Shown here: positions 9,051 through 17,867 of the stretch, piece after piece
How positions within the stretch are numbered: position 1 is the stretch's first letter
Layout: every line of letters starts with the position of its first letter
Assembly: GCA_046344715.1 (NCBI GenBank)
Contig: JBKDKX010000009.1
Span: 78,463 to 142,462, forward strand
Direction of reading: 5' to 3'
DNA: 64,000 bases
DNA from: Alphaproteobacteria bacterium
Lineage (GTDB): Bacteria; Pseudomonadota; Alphaproteobacteria; Rickettsiales; SXRF01
The notes under the pieces: generated by a model
The model's database searches: none
What the model saw: the letters and a program-made list of their open reading frames with translations, nothing else
What the model was told of the DNA's origin: nothing
Made by a program: the position numbers and the translations under genes

Positions 9051-9845
9051 TCAGAAAGCGCTTTTTATTATCAGATAACAGGAAGTATTTTCGCCCATCA
9101 CATTATAAGGATTTGGTGTTGATGAGTTGCTAATACAAAAATCACTCGAAGCACCGCCCGCACCAATAAAATTGGTGTATAGATAGGGTTGGCAGAGATC
9201 CCCAGCCCCACTCATATTATAGCCGCCAGTGGCACGAGTGCTTCCAGTAGTGGGTAGGCCATCGTCAATTTTCAGGTCAATAGCCTGTGCAAGCTCAGGA
9301 CGAAGCGGCGCGCCAACGCCGCCATCATTAAGGTTGCCGTCTGATATGGAATACGAATTTCTGGTATCCCATTCAGGATAAACTCTTTGAAATGCACCAG
9401 AGTATTGACCTTCCTCACACCACATACTCCATCTTGAATTTAGTGATGCATTAATTTTTAGGGCCGTATCTGTTTGGCTAAGTAAACCGTCAGCAATAAT
9501 ATGCGTAAAGAAATTAGCAATTTCATTACTTGGCGAAGTAGCAATGTTTGCAGTACCAACCCATCCATCCCCGTTGCCATTACCTGTAAAGCCTAAACTT
9601 GTGGCATTAGCACAATCACCAGGCAGACAATTGTATTTTGCACGGAATGTCTGAGCAGCTAAATCAAACCTCTCTTTCTGAGAAATAGTGGCGCGTACGC
9701 CAGCTGCGATGATAAGCGCATGAGCGGCTAATACACTGCTGACAATAAGGCCAATAATCAGAAGCACGATTGATAGCTCAATCAGTGTAAAACCTTTAGA
9801 ATGTAAGCGTTCTGCCTTCATTAAATTCAGCCATGCTGTATTCAC
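9051..9845 (-). CDS. prepilin-type N-terminal cleavage/methylation domain protein (type IV pilin or pseudopilin-like)
   Basis: Leader ...HSKG followed by FTLIELSIVLLIIGLIV (G-1, F+1, E+5). Cys-containing variable C-terminal domain. Start is 9845 or 9821. Confidence 0.7.
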   Translation of the reverse strand: MNTAWLNLMKAERLHSKGFTLIELSIVLLIIGLIVSSVLAAHALIIAAGVRATISQKERFDLAAQTFRAKYNCLPGDCANATSLGFTGNGNGDGWVGTANIATSPSNEIANFFTHIIADGLLSQTDTALKINASLNSRWSMWCEEGQYSGAFQRVYPEWDTRNSYSISDGNLNDGGVGAPLRPELAQAIDLKIDDGLPTTGSTRATGGYNMSGAGDLCQPYLYTNFIGAGGASSDFCISNSSTPNPYNVMGENTSCYLIIKSAF

Positions 9846-9848
9846 CCA

Positions 9849-10652
9849 CTAAGCATGCTTTATTAGCTTGCTTGCTTCAACTAATGATTGTGGCAATTTC
9901 TGCAGATTATACATCTCAAGCGAAGCATCACCATATATCTGCGGTGGTGGTGAAATCCTGTTTGTAAGGCCGTGATGTATGCCCGCCAATATGGCGACAA
10001 TCACAGCATCAGGGTGTGCATCTGCGCCAGCCACGCGGTGCTCAATGCGTTTTTTGTCCGGTGCGCTATCTGGTAATCGAATGGCAACAGTGCGGTTATT
10101 GGCACCCCAACTGATAGTGGTTGGCGCGTTGGATTTGTCAGTAAAGCGTGCGTAAGAGGATTCGCTAGGTGCAAATATGTACATGGAGGCAGGAAGTCTG
10201 TCTAACAAGCCGCCAATGCTGAATTTCAAGGTATCGCTGATAATATCATCTTTTTTGTAAAATACGTTTTTTCCAGCATCATTTTCCAGATGCACATTAA
10301 TATGCAGCCCGCTGCCTGGCTGTTCTACCAATGGTTTTGCAGAAAAATCTGCTTTCATATTATTTTTTATAGCTAAATCACTTATTAGTTGTTTAACTAA
10401 CTTAGTGTCATTAGCGCATTTTTGTGCTGAAGTAGGGGCAAGGGCAATTTCATACTGCTTCTCCCCCTTCTCTTTTTCATATTTCAGAAGCGGTATAGAT
10501 TCCTGTTTGCAGGCATCAACCAACGCAGCCCAGAAATTTTCATCTGGCGCACCACCATGCAGGTAAAACTCTATTTCCGATGCGACAATCGGGGTGAGGC
10601 CGAACTCGGCCTGTAAAGTTTTTGTTATTTCAATAATGGAGTTATGCAGCAA
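9849..10652 (-). CDS. glutamine synthetase catalytic-domain-only protein (possible remnant)
   Basis: GS C-domain motifs ([50 protein letters not shown]). The ORF can hold only 267 aa, with no N-terminal beta-grasp domain. The only available start is a TTG inside the trxA 3' end. Confidence 0.55.
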   Translation of the reverse strand: MLHNSIIEITKTLQAEFGLTPIVASEIEFYLHGGAPDENFWAALVDACKQESIPLLKYEKEKGEKQYEIALAPTSAQKCANDTKLVKQLISDLAIKNNMKADFSAKPLVEQPGSGLHINVHLENDAGKNVFYKKDDIISDTLKFSIGGLLDRLPASMYIFAPSESSYARFTDKSNAPTTISWGANNRTVAIRLPDSAPDKKRIEHRVAGADAHPDAVIVAILAGIHHGLTNRISPPPQIYGDASLEMYNLQKLPQSLVEASKLIKHA

Positions 10653-10965
10653 TCACTGAATCGATCCATTCCACCAGCTTGCTTTTTGGAAGCGACCCAA
10701 CTTTGGTTGAAACTGCCTGACCATTTTTGAAAATAATCAGTGTTGGGATGCCTCGAACGCCGTACTTCTGCGGGGTGCCAGGATTCTTATCAATATTTAC
10801 TTTTGCGATAGTAATTTTGCCTGCGCGGTCATTTGCAATTTCATCAAGCACAGGTGCTATCTGGCGGCATGGCCCACACCATTCGGCCCAGAAATCTACC
10901 AGTACAGGGCCAGCGGCCTTGAGTACCTTCTGCTCAAATTCATTATCATCGATGTGTAATGTCAT
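10642..10965 (-). CDS. trxA: thioredoxin
   Basis: WAEWCGPCR active site, 107 aa. Confidence 0.95.
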   Translation of the reverse strand: MTLHIDDNEFEQKVLKAAGPVLVDFWAEWCGPCRQIAPVLDEIANDRAGKITIAKVNIDKNPGTPQKYGVRGIPTLIIFKNGQAVSTKVGSLPKSKLVEWIDSVIAA

Positions 10966-10995
10966 AGCGTCCTCTTTGTAGAATGATAGTCACTA

Positions 10996-13900
10996 TCATA
11001 TGTAAGAACTGAAAGCAGTTTCGTCAAGCAATGCCTCAGGAATAATGGATATTTGCGGGGCAGATGTCCATAATAATGCACATTGAATAGCCTTTTGCGG
11101 ATAAATCTTGGAAAGCAGCAGTTTATACAAAGTCATTTGCCGCAGGTAATGTTTGGGGATGTTGGCATTATCGGGCGGTATCTGGCCGGTTTTATAATCC
11201 ACAACCCAAACGTCATCCCCTACATATAAACGGTCTATCTGACCAGATACAGTGTATGGTTGGCCTTTGATATGCACTACCCCTGTGATTGGCACTTCTG
11301 CCATGCTGTCTTTAGAAAAAATAAAAATAAACTTAGGGTTTGTGATGACTGCAAGCGCCTCATGGATACATTGTTCAAGCTCTTTGGCTTGCATCGCATG
11401 CCGGTACCGCGCTGAAACATGTTCAATAACATCAGCGTGCTGAGATTCCTGAGTGTGTGGCAAATGCTGTAACAGCAGGTGAATACACTCCCCCCGACTG
11501 AAAAATGCTTTCTGCCTCAGTGGAGAGGTGGCAGGTGGTGCATCATCAGGCAGGCGCGATGGTGTGAGTGGTTTGGAGGGTTCCGGGTCTGCATGGATAG
11601 GATGGCGCAGATAGTGTAAATCCGAAGCATCATCAACGATAGAAGACGGCCTGCCATGGGGGGGCGCACCATGACTGTACGCTGGAGGCGTACCCAGCCT
11701 AAACCCCTGCCCCTGATCATTTTCATAATGTTCTGCAACGCCGGCAAGTCCATTTGCTATCAGACCATACCAGCTGTCAGCAGCGGCTTCTTCACCACGT
11801 TCCGTGTGCCCACCGATATAAAGCAAATCCTCTGCGCGTGTCATAGCAACGTAGAGTTGCCTGCGATATTCAGCATTTAATGCACCCAGCTCTTTCTCGC
11901 GAAGTGTTTTATAATAATGGTTGGCAGCTCTGGTTGATTCAGACCATAGTGGCAATAGCTGTTCATTATCCCACAGGATTTTTTCTTTTACTCCTGATTT
12001 TCCACACGTATCGGGTAGTATGACTACAGGTGCCTGCAAGCCTTTTGCGGCATGGATGGTCATGATGCGTACGGTGCCTTTAGCTGCTTCCATGTCGCGC
12101 TGTATTTCCCCTTCGCTGCTTGCTAGCCAGTGCAGAAACCCCTGCATGGTGGGGATGTGTGATTGTTCATATAGCAATGCCTGCGATAAAAACTCGTCTA
12201 TCGCCTCGCCGTATTCCATGCCCATGCGCCCTGTGAACTGGCGGCGAATACCCAGCGTATCCAGCGTGTATGTGTATAATTCGTATGGTTTAAGGTAATC
12301 TGTTTTAGCGCGCAAATTTTTCAGTAACGCATAAACGTCAGCACATTGCGGATGATGCGCTAGTCTATCCCATAAAGATGTATCACCACGATTATAAGAA
12401 AGTTCAAACAGTATCTCTTCGGTAATATTTCCTATGGGGCTTTTCAGAACACATGCGAGTGTCAGATTATCATCTGGCAACAGCAGAAATTGTCCTAAAG
12501 CAAGTAAATCCTGTACCGCCAGATTGTCTCCCAGCTTCATGCGGTCGATACCCGCCACGGGTATATTACGTCGCTTTAGCGCACGGGATAATTTATCGAC
12601 AAAATCTGTACGGGTGCGTACCAATATCATAATATCGCCAGCATTTATTCGGCGGTTTTTGCTTTCCAGCATCATACCTTCAGACAACCAGCCGCCAATA
12701 GTATCTGCAATATGTTTTACCAGCTGACTTTTGGCAGTGTATTGTTCTTCGTCATCTTTCCTATAAAGTGGCCATAGCTCAACATACCCTGTGTGGGTTT
12801 TTCGGTATGCATTATGCTTAAGAATTTCATCGTTAAACATAACCCCATTCTTAGCAAGATTTGTAGAAAAAACCGTATCCACTGCATTAAGAACATTAGT
12901 TAGTGAACGAAATGACGTATTAAGTTTCTCTCTGATTGCGATTCCACCACTATCTTCAATTTTTCTGGTAAAATATTCCTGCATGGTTTGCAGTGCTTCC
13001 ACATTTGCACCTTGAAAGCGATATATGGACTGTTTCTCATCGCCCACTACGAAAAGTGAGCGTGGAACTTCTCGTTTGCCCTGTCCTGCAAAGAAATCTT
13101 CTGTCAGGGCTTTGATAATATTCCATTGCAGCGGGCTGGTATCCTGTGCTTCATCTACCAGTATATGATCTATGCCACCATCAAGTTTGTATAGCACCCA
13201 CGCTGCAACACCGCTGCGATTTAATAGATTATTCGCTGTGAGTATCAGGTCATCGTAATCCATCAGCGCGTGCGATTGTTTAAGCGATTCATATTGAGAA
13301 AGCAACGCATGGGCGATAGTAAGCAAATAGCTGCTTCTTTTGGCAATACGCAGCGAACGCAGTTGCTGATCAAATGCCAGCACGCGTGCCTGCTCTGATA
13401 GCATTGCATCTGCAAGGGTGTTTTCGCCCGCAAAACAATTCTTTGTAAAAATAGATTCCAAGGGGTCAAGTGTGTTTGCCCTCAGGAAGGCAAGCCGGTA
13501 TTCATCAGCGCGCTCAATATTTTTCTCTTTCGCGGCAAACCAGCGTGCAAACTTATCGGCTCTTTGTTTATCGGTTTTTCCACTATGTTGCATAACTGAG
13601 ATGGCTTTACGCAATTTATGTAATGTCAGATCATCGTAATCAAAGCAGCTATCGACCAGTTGCTGTTCCGTGTGATGTTCTGATACGCCGAGCGTCCGGT
13701 AGATGTCATAGCACGCATTTTCAAGTCCGGCGGGTTCGCTGAAAATACGTTGGAATTTTTGTTTATTTTTAATCGCATCCTGTAAAATATCTTTGAGTGC
13801 GCTTTCGCTGGTGGTACGTGCCAGCGCATATATGGCATCCTTTACCTTACTGTCTGCATCAGCCGTGTGGCTGAACAGGCGAATTTTGGCTTCGTGCAGC

Positions 13901-14358
13901 AATTCATCTTCTGTGCGTGTATCCATCACGGCGAAATGTGGGCTCACTCCTGCCTCAAGTGGAAAACGCCTTAACAGAGATTGGCTGAATCCATGAATAG
14001 TCTGTATGCGCACACCTTCTGGCGAATCCAGAACACTGGCAAACAGACTGCGGGCAAAATTAATTTGGCGTGTTTCTGGTGGGTATCCCAGCAACTCCTG
14101 TAGGTGTTCGATGAGAAGTTTTTCATCCATCATCACCCAGTTACCTAACTGGCGCTGTACACGTTCGGACATTTCTGCGGCGGCCGCGTTCGTGAAGGTC
14201 AGGCACAGGATTCGTGAAGGTGCTATGCCATGCAAAAGCAACCCCAAAACACGTTTTGTAAGTTTACTGGTTTTCCCAGAACCTGCATTTGCTGCAACAA
14301 ATACAGATGCTTCCGGTGAAAATGAACCTATAGTTTTTAAGAGCGTATCTTGGGGCAT
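10996..14358 (-). CDS. addA: double-strand break repair helicase AddA (alphaproteobacterial type)
   Basis: UvrD-type helicase motifs (ANAGSGKT, VDEAQDTSP, TIHAAKGLQAP) plus a C-terminal PD-(D/E)XK-like nuclease (VVDYKTG). Confidence 0.85.
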   Translation of the reverse strand: MPQDTLLKTIGSFSPEASVFVAANAGSGKTSKLTKRVLGLLLHGIAPSRILCLTFTNAAAAEMSERVQRQLGNWVMMDEKLLIEHLQELLGYPPETRQINFARSLFASVLDSPEGVRIQTIHGFSQSLLRRFPLEAGVSPHFAVMDTRTEDELLHEAKIRLFSHTADADSKVKDAIYALARTTSESALKDILQDAIKNKQKFQRIFSEPAGLENACYDIYRTLGVSEHHTEQQLVDSCFDYDDLTLHKLRKAISVMQHSGKTDKQRADKFARWFAAKEKNIERADEYRLAFLRANTLDPLESIFTKNCFAGENTLADAMLSEQARVLAFDQQLRSLRIAKRSSYLLTIAHALLSQYESLKQSHALMDYDDLILTANNLLNRSGVAAWVLYKLDGGIDHILVDEAQDTSPLQWNIIKALTEDFFAGQGKREVPRSLFVVGDEKQSIYRFQGANVEALQTMQEYFTRKIEDSGGIAIREKLNTSFRSLTNVLNAVDTVFSTNLAKNGVMFNDEILKHNAYRKTHTGYVELWPLYRKDDEEQYTAKSQLVKHIADTIGGWLSEGMMLESKNRRINAGDIMILVRTRTDFVDKLSRALKRRNIPVAGIDRMKLGDNLAVQDLLALGQFLLLPDDNLTLACVLKSPIGNITEEILFELSYNRGDTSLWDRLAHHPQCADVYALLKNLRAKTDYLKPYELYTYTLDTLGIRRQFTGRMGMEYGEAIDEFLSQALLYEQSHIPTMQGFLHWLASSEGEIQRDMEAAKGTVRIMTIHAAKGLQAPVVILPDTCGKSGVKEKILWDNEQLLPLWSESTRAANHYYKTLREKELGALNAEYRRQLYVAMTRAEDLLYIGGHTERGEEAAADSWYGLIANGLAGVAEHYENDQGQGFRLGTPPAYSHGAPPHGRPSSIVDDASDLHYLRHPIHADPEPSKPLTPSRLPDDAPPATSPLRQKAFFSRGECIHLLLQHLPHTQESQHADVIEHVSARYRHAMQAKELEQCIHEALAVITNPKFIFIFSKDSMAEVPITGVVHIKGQPYTVSGQIDRLYVGDDVWVVDYKTGQIPPDNANIPKHYLRQMTLYKLLLSKIYPQKAIQCALLWTSAPQISIIPEALLDETAFSSYI

Positions 14359-14362
14359 TTGA

Positions 14363-14377
14363 TTAAAATTTTATTAA
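14363..14377. promoter_or_regulatory. TTAA-N7-TTAA (CtrA-box-like) motif upstream of the DUF1465 gene
   Basis: TTAAAATTTTATTAA with TTAA at 14363 and 14374. A TATAAT lies at 14413-14418. The context is AT-rich, so a chance match is possible. Confidence 0.2.
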
Positions 14378-14450
14378 AATCTTCACAAAACATTAACATT
14401 AAATCAAGGAAAACTGAGGTATAATGGGGTATTAGTAAGGGAGCTAACTT

Positions 14451-14879
14451 ATGGCTGTTGGCCAGAATTTTATTGCCGATAAAGCTTCGCCGCATGTAAT
14501 GTTCATGCCCGGGCTGTTTAATGAAACCATGCAGCTCCTGCATGATTCGTATGAATATTTCTCGATGTTCGGCGATGATGATCGCAGCCGTATCGAAGCA
14601 AATCTTAAAACGTTGTATTCCTGCGAGATGTCGCGCATTACCCTCAGGCTTTCCGCTATTATGGCGTGGCTCATGGCACAGCGCGCCGTGTTTGCCGGAC
14701 AAATTGAGGCGTCTGAAGCGGCACGCCGTCATGGTCTTGATTTTCATGATATTTGCCTGGTGGATAACCGTGTATTGCACGGCGTTCTGCCGAGTTATGT
14801 ATGCTTTCTTCTGGATCGCAGCCTTGAGCTGTATGAGCGCGTATACCGGCTGGATAATCAGTTTAAGAACGTGCACTAA
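14451..14879 (+). CDS. DUF1465 family protein (RcdA-like regulator of CtrA degradation)
   Basis: Family pattern FNETMQLL..., SCEMSRITLRLSAIMAWLMAQRAVFAGQI. Lies between addA and addB on the opposite strand. Confidence 0.7.
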   Translation: MAVGQNFIADKASPHVMFMPGLFNETMQLLHDSYEYFSMFGDDDRSRIEANLKTLYSCEMSRITLRLSAIMAWLMAQRAVFAGQIEASEAARRHGLDFHDICLVDNRVLHGVLPSYVCFLLDRSLELYERVYRLDNQFKNVH

Positions 14880-14887
14880 CCATCTCA

Positions 14888-17803
14888 TCATACGTTTTCC
14901 CATTCTGCGCGCCGTGTGAGATGTTCGTAATCATTATATCTAAGTTTCAGCCTTGGATTTTCCTGCGCACGGTACGGCTGCGAAGCATCCTGATATGCTG
15001 CAATAAGCTCGTATAATGCTGCTTGCCTCTGCGTCAATATCTCGGCTGATGCAGCCACTGCTTTTATCTCCGAACCATTTTTGGTGGCAGCAAGCTTCCA
15101 ATATTCAAGATTTGTTACAGTTCTTATAAGCATCTGCGGTTTAGGCAATAATGTCCCGTGTTCAGCGATGAGCGCTTCCACATAAAGTTGGTTGCCCAGT
15201 CCATGCTTCATTTCTGTGCTATCGGGGATATAGCCGGTTTTATAATCAGCAATGACCATGCTTCGGTCTTTGTGGATTTCCAGCCTGTCAATCCGCGTAG
15301 TGAGAGTAAATGGTTTACCATTGACATCGCATTGCCAGTTGCCCTCAACTTCTGATAGCAATTCGGTGATGGTACGCCGACGTTCCTGTTCTTGCTCAAT
15401 AAACCATTCAGCAATGGTTTCAAACCGCGGCCACCACAGACAGGCAACTGCTGGCTGATGGGCAAAGGGTACAAACGCTTGCCTGCCACATTCAAGCAAT
15501 GATTCAAATGCATTTTCTGGTAATTGTGCAGGAAATTGGCGGGTGAACATATCCAATGCAGTATGGATAGTTTTGCCAAGATCAGCAGCGTCAGGGTCTT
15601 TATCCAGTTCTTCTAATGGTTTCAGGCGTAGTATATGCTTGGCATAAATCACATAAGGGTCGGCTATCCAGCGGTCGATACCAGTTGCACTCATACGGAT
15701 GGGGCGTGCAGACACAGGCGGGCGTGGTTCGGGCACGGTAAGCGCAGCAAGTGCGATGGGCGCGTCAAGAAAATCCTTTGCTCTATTGATATGGTTCTGG
15801 TTCGTGATGCCTTCGAACATTTCAGCATTCTTTGCGCCAACCAACGTTTCAAGCCGTACCAGCCAGCGTGAATCCACCGTACGCGTACCATCGGTTTTGC
15901 GTGCGCGGGTTAAATACACCTCTTCCGCATGTGCGTGGTAATACACATCATGTGCGGCTTGCCCAATACCACGTTCTGCCGAAGGCAATCCGAATTTCAG
16001 GCGCATGGGGCGGCTCATCCATGGATCCGGCTCTGCATGTTGTGGCCATGTTTTTTCTGTGAGTCCACTAAGAAAAACGCAGTCAAAGCGTAGCAAACGC
16101 GCTTCAATCGGGCTTAGAATATGTATTCGCGGATGTTGTGTGTGTTGTGGCCAGTAAGTTTGCTGTGCCATTAGCGTATCGAATGTGGCGGCGTAAATAT
16201 GCGGGTCAATAGCTGATAAAATATCCGCATGTTCATTGAGTGACGAAAGCCACGCAGCTGCATGACTGCCAGATTCCCTACTCCACAATTTTTCTGCGCC
16301 GGTTTCATCAGGAGTGCTCGCCATCCATTCTGCAAGCTGGATATGACGCTCCAATAATTCCTTAAGCGGTAGGTTGCGCTTTTGCTGGAAAGCTTCCGCC
16401 AGCGGCTCAATATGTGATGCTAATGTGGAAAGAAAATTAGCCAGCGCAGGGAAATTATTGTTTGTTGCGGTATCTATAAGATCTTGCAACCCTGCCTCCT
16501 TGCGGATGCCTCTTAAAAGATGTTTGTCCATGATAGCAGCAAATTTCCTGCATTCATGCGGCATAATGCCACACGCCGCCATCGGGTGCCTGAGTAACGC
16601 TAGTAACACCACCGGCGACATGCCCGAAGCGACCGCCTCCAGCACCAGCTGCAGGAATGTAGCGGTTGGCGTATCTTTCAGGCGTTTTCCTGCCGAATCA
16701 TCGATGATGATGCCAAAACGTTGCATCTGTGCAGCAACCATGCGTGCCAGCACACGATCTGGTGTGATAAGAGCGGTTGTTTTTTCTGGTACTTCCAGCA
16801 CATTGCGCAGTAAAAGCGCGATCATGCGAGCTTCATCCAATACTGTTTCTGCTTCTAGAATATGAACATTATTCAGGCCTGAACCAAAATCAGACGTACT
16901 GTATTGCCAGCCGGATGTTGATTGTGCTGGTTTGAATATATCGCTTAAGCATACTTCACGTGCGCTGGGCTTATGGTGGATTAAAGGTTTTACATCGGTG
17001 TATTTGCAGCCAATATTTTCCAACAGTTGTTTCAGCATAAATTGAGGATGAGTTTCACCGAGCTGCTTCCACTCCTGCTCTGATAAATTCTGGTCAAGTG
17101 CCGGTATAATCACGCGGCCTTGTGGCAAGGCTGCAATCGTTGCAAGTAACGCTGCTGTTGCGGGCTGGCTACCTGTAGAACCTGCCGCAATGATTGGAAA
17201 TTCTGGAGGATTACGTCGTAAATTTTCCGCAAGGTTCTTTATGGCCGAGTTGCGGTATATAACCGGATTACTTGCACCTTCTGAAGCCAATACATCTGGC
17301 CAGTGCAGTGATATAATTTTTAGGAAATCCAGCGTTTGCTGCCAATGTTCCTGCAACTCTTCCGGCACCAGAGCATCAAGTCCTGAAAAATCTAGCCCTT
17401 CCCTTTCCACATCATCGATTAAGGTTGCAAGCTGTGTTGCAAGTTGCGCGGCTTTTTGCAGGTTATGTATTCGCCCATAACGCTGGCGTTCAAAATCGCT
17501 GACAAGACGCATAAGCAGCAACTGCCGCCGTAAGGGGTTAATCGGCGGGTGCATCTCAATAGCGGGAGCTAAAAGATACGGATTATCTTCAATATCACCA
17601 ATCGGCTGTATACGCGGTAACAATAATGGCTTCCCATTTGTTATATCAAGAAAAACCTCACGCAGGCTCCGACAGGCACGGCGGCCAGGCAGTAAAATGA
17701 CGGTGGAGGTGAATAACGAAGGATTGTGCCCATATTCCGACAATACCCAATGAGCCAGCGTTCTCATGAAAGGTTCTGATGCAGGTATTGTGTAGCAATT
17801 CAT
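14888..17803 (-). CDS. addB: double-strand break repair protein AddB (alphaproteobacterial type)
   Basis: 971 aa. C-terminal PD-(D/E)XK nuclease (RIDRLEI...VIADYKTG). Sits upstream of addA-trxA. Confidence 0.85.
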   Translation of the reverse strand: MNCYTIPASEPFMRTLAHWVLSEYGHNPSLFTSTVILLPGRRACRSLREVFLDITNGKPLLLPRIQPIGDIEDNPYLLAPAIEMHPPINPLRRQLLLMRLVSDFERQRYGRIHNLQKAAQLATQLATLIDDVEREGLDFSGLDALVPEELQEHWQQTLDFLKIISLHWPDVLASEGASNPVIYRNSAIKNLAENLRRNPPEFPIIAAGSTGSQPATAALLATIAALPQGRVIIPALDQNLSEQEWKQLGETHPQFMLKQLLENIGCKYTDVKPLIHHKPSAREVCLSDIFKPAQSTSGWQYSTSDFGSGLNNVHILEAETVLDEARMIALLLRNVLEVPEKTTALITPDRVLARMVAAQMQRFGIIIDDSAGKRLKDTPTATFLQLVLEAVASGMSPVVLLALLRHPMAACGIMPHECRKFAAIMDKHLLRGIRKEAGLQDLIDTATNNNFPALANFLSTLASHIEPLAEAFQQKRNLPLKELLERHIQLAEWMASTPDETGAEKLWSRESGSHAAAWLSSLNEHADILSAIDPHIYAATFDTLMAQQTYWPQHTQHPRIHILSPIEARLLRFDCVFLSGLTEKTWPQHAEPDPWMSRPMRLKFGLPSAERGIGQAAHDVYYHAHAEEVYLTRARKTDGTRTVDSRWLVRLETLVGAKNAEMFEGITNQNHINRAKDFLDAPIALAALTVPEPRPPVSARPIRMSATGIDRWIADPYVIYAKHILRLKPLEELDKDPDAADLGKTIHTALDMFTRQFPAQLPENAFESLLECGRQAFVPFAHQPAVACLWWPRFETIAEWFIEQEQERRRTITELLSEVEGNWQCDVNGKPFTLTTRIDRLEIHKDRSMVIADYKTGYIPDSTEMKHGLGNQLYVEALIAEHGTLLPKPQMLIRTVTNLEYWKLAATKNGSEIKAVAASAEILTQRQAALYELIAAYQDASQPYRAQENPRLKLRYNDYEHLTRRAEWENV

Positions 17804-17867
17804 GATAAATTAACCTATAAAAAGGTATAAAAACTGAATCCATTACCTCTATGTATAGCTGCCACGG

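Noticed and set aside
14337-14903. 188-aa minus-strand ORF covering the addA-addB gap
   Set aside because: It is antisense to the 142-aa plus-strand ORF, which has a clear DUF1465/RcdA-like pattern. The 188-aa product has no recognisable features and odd composition.
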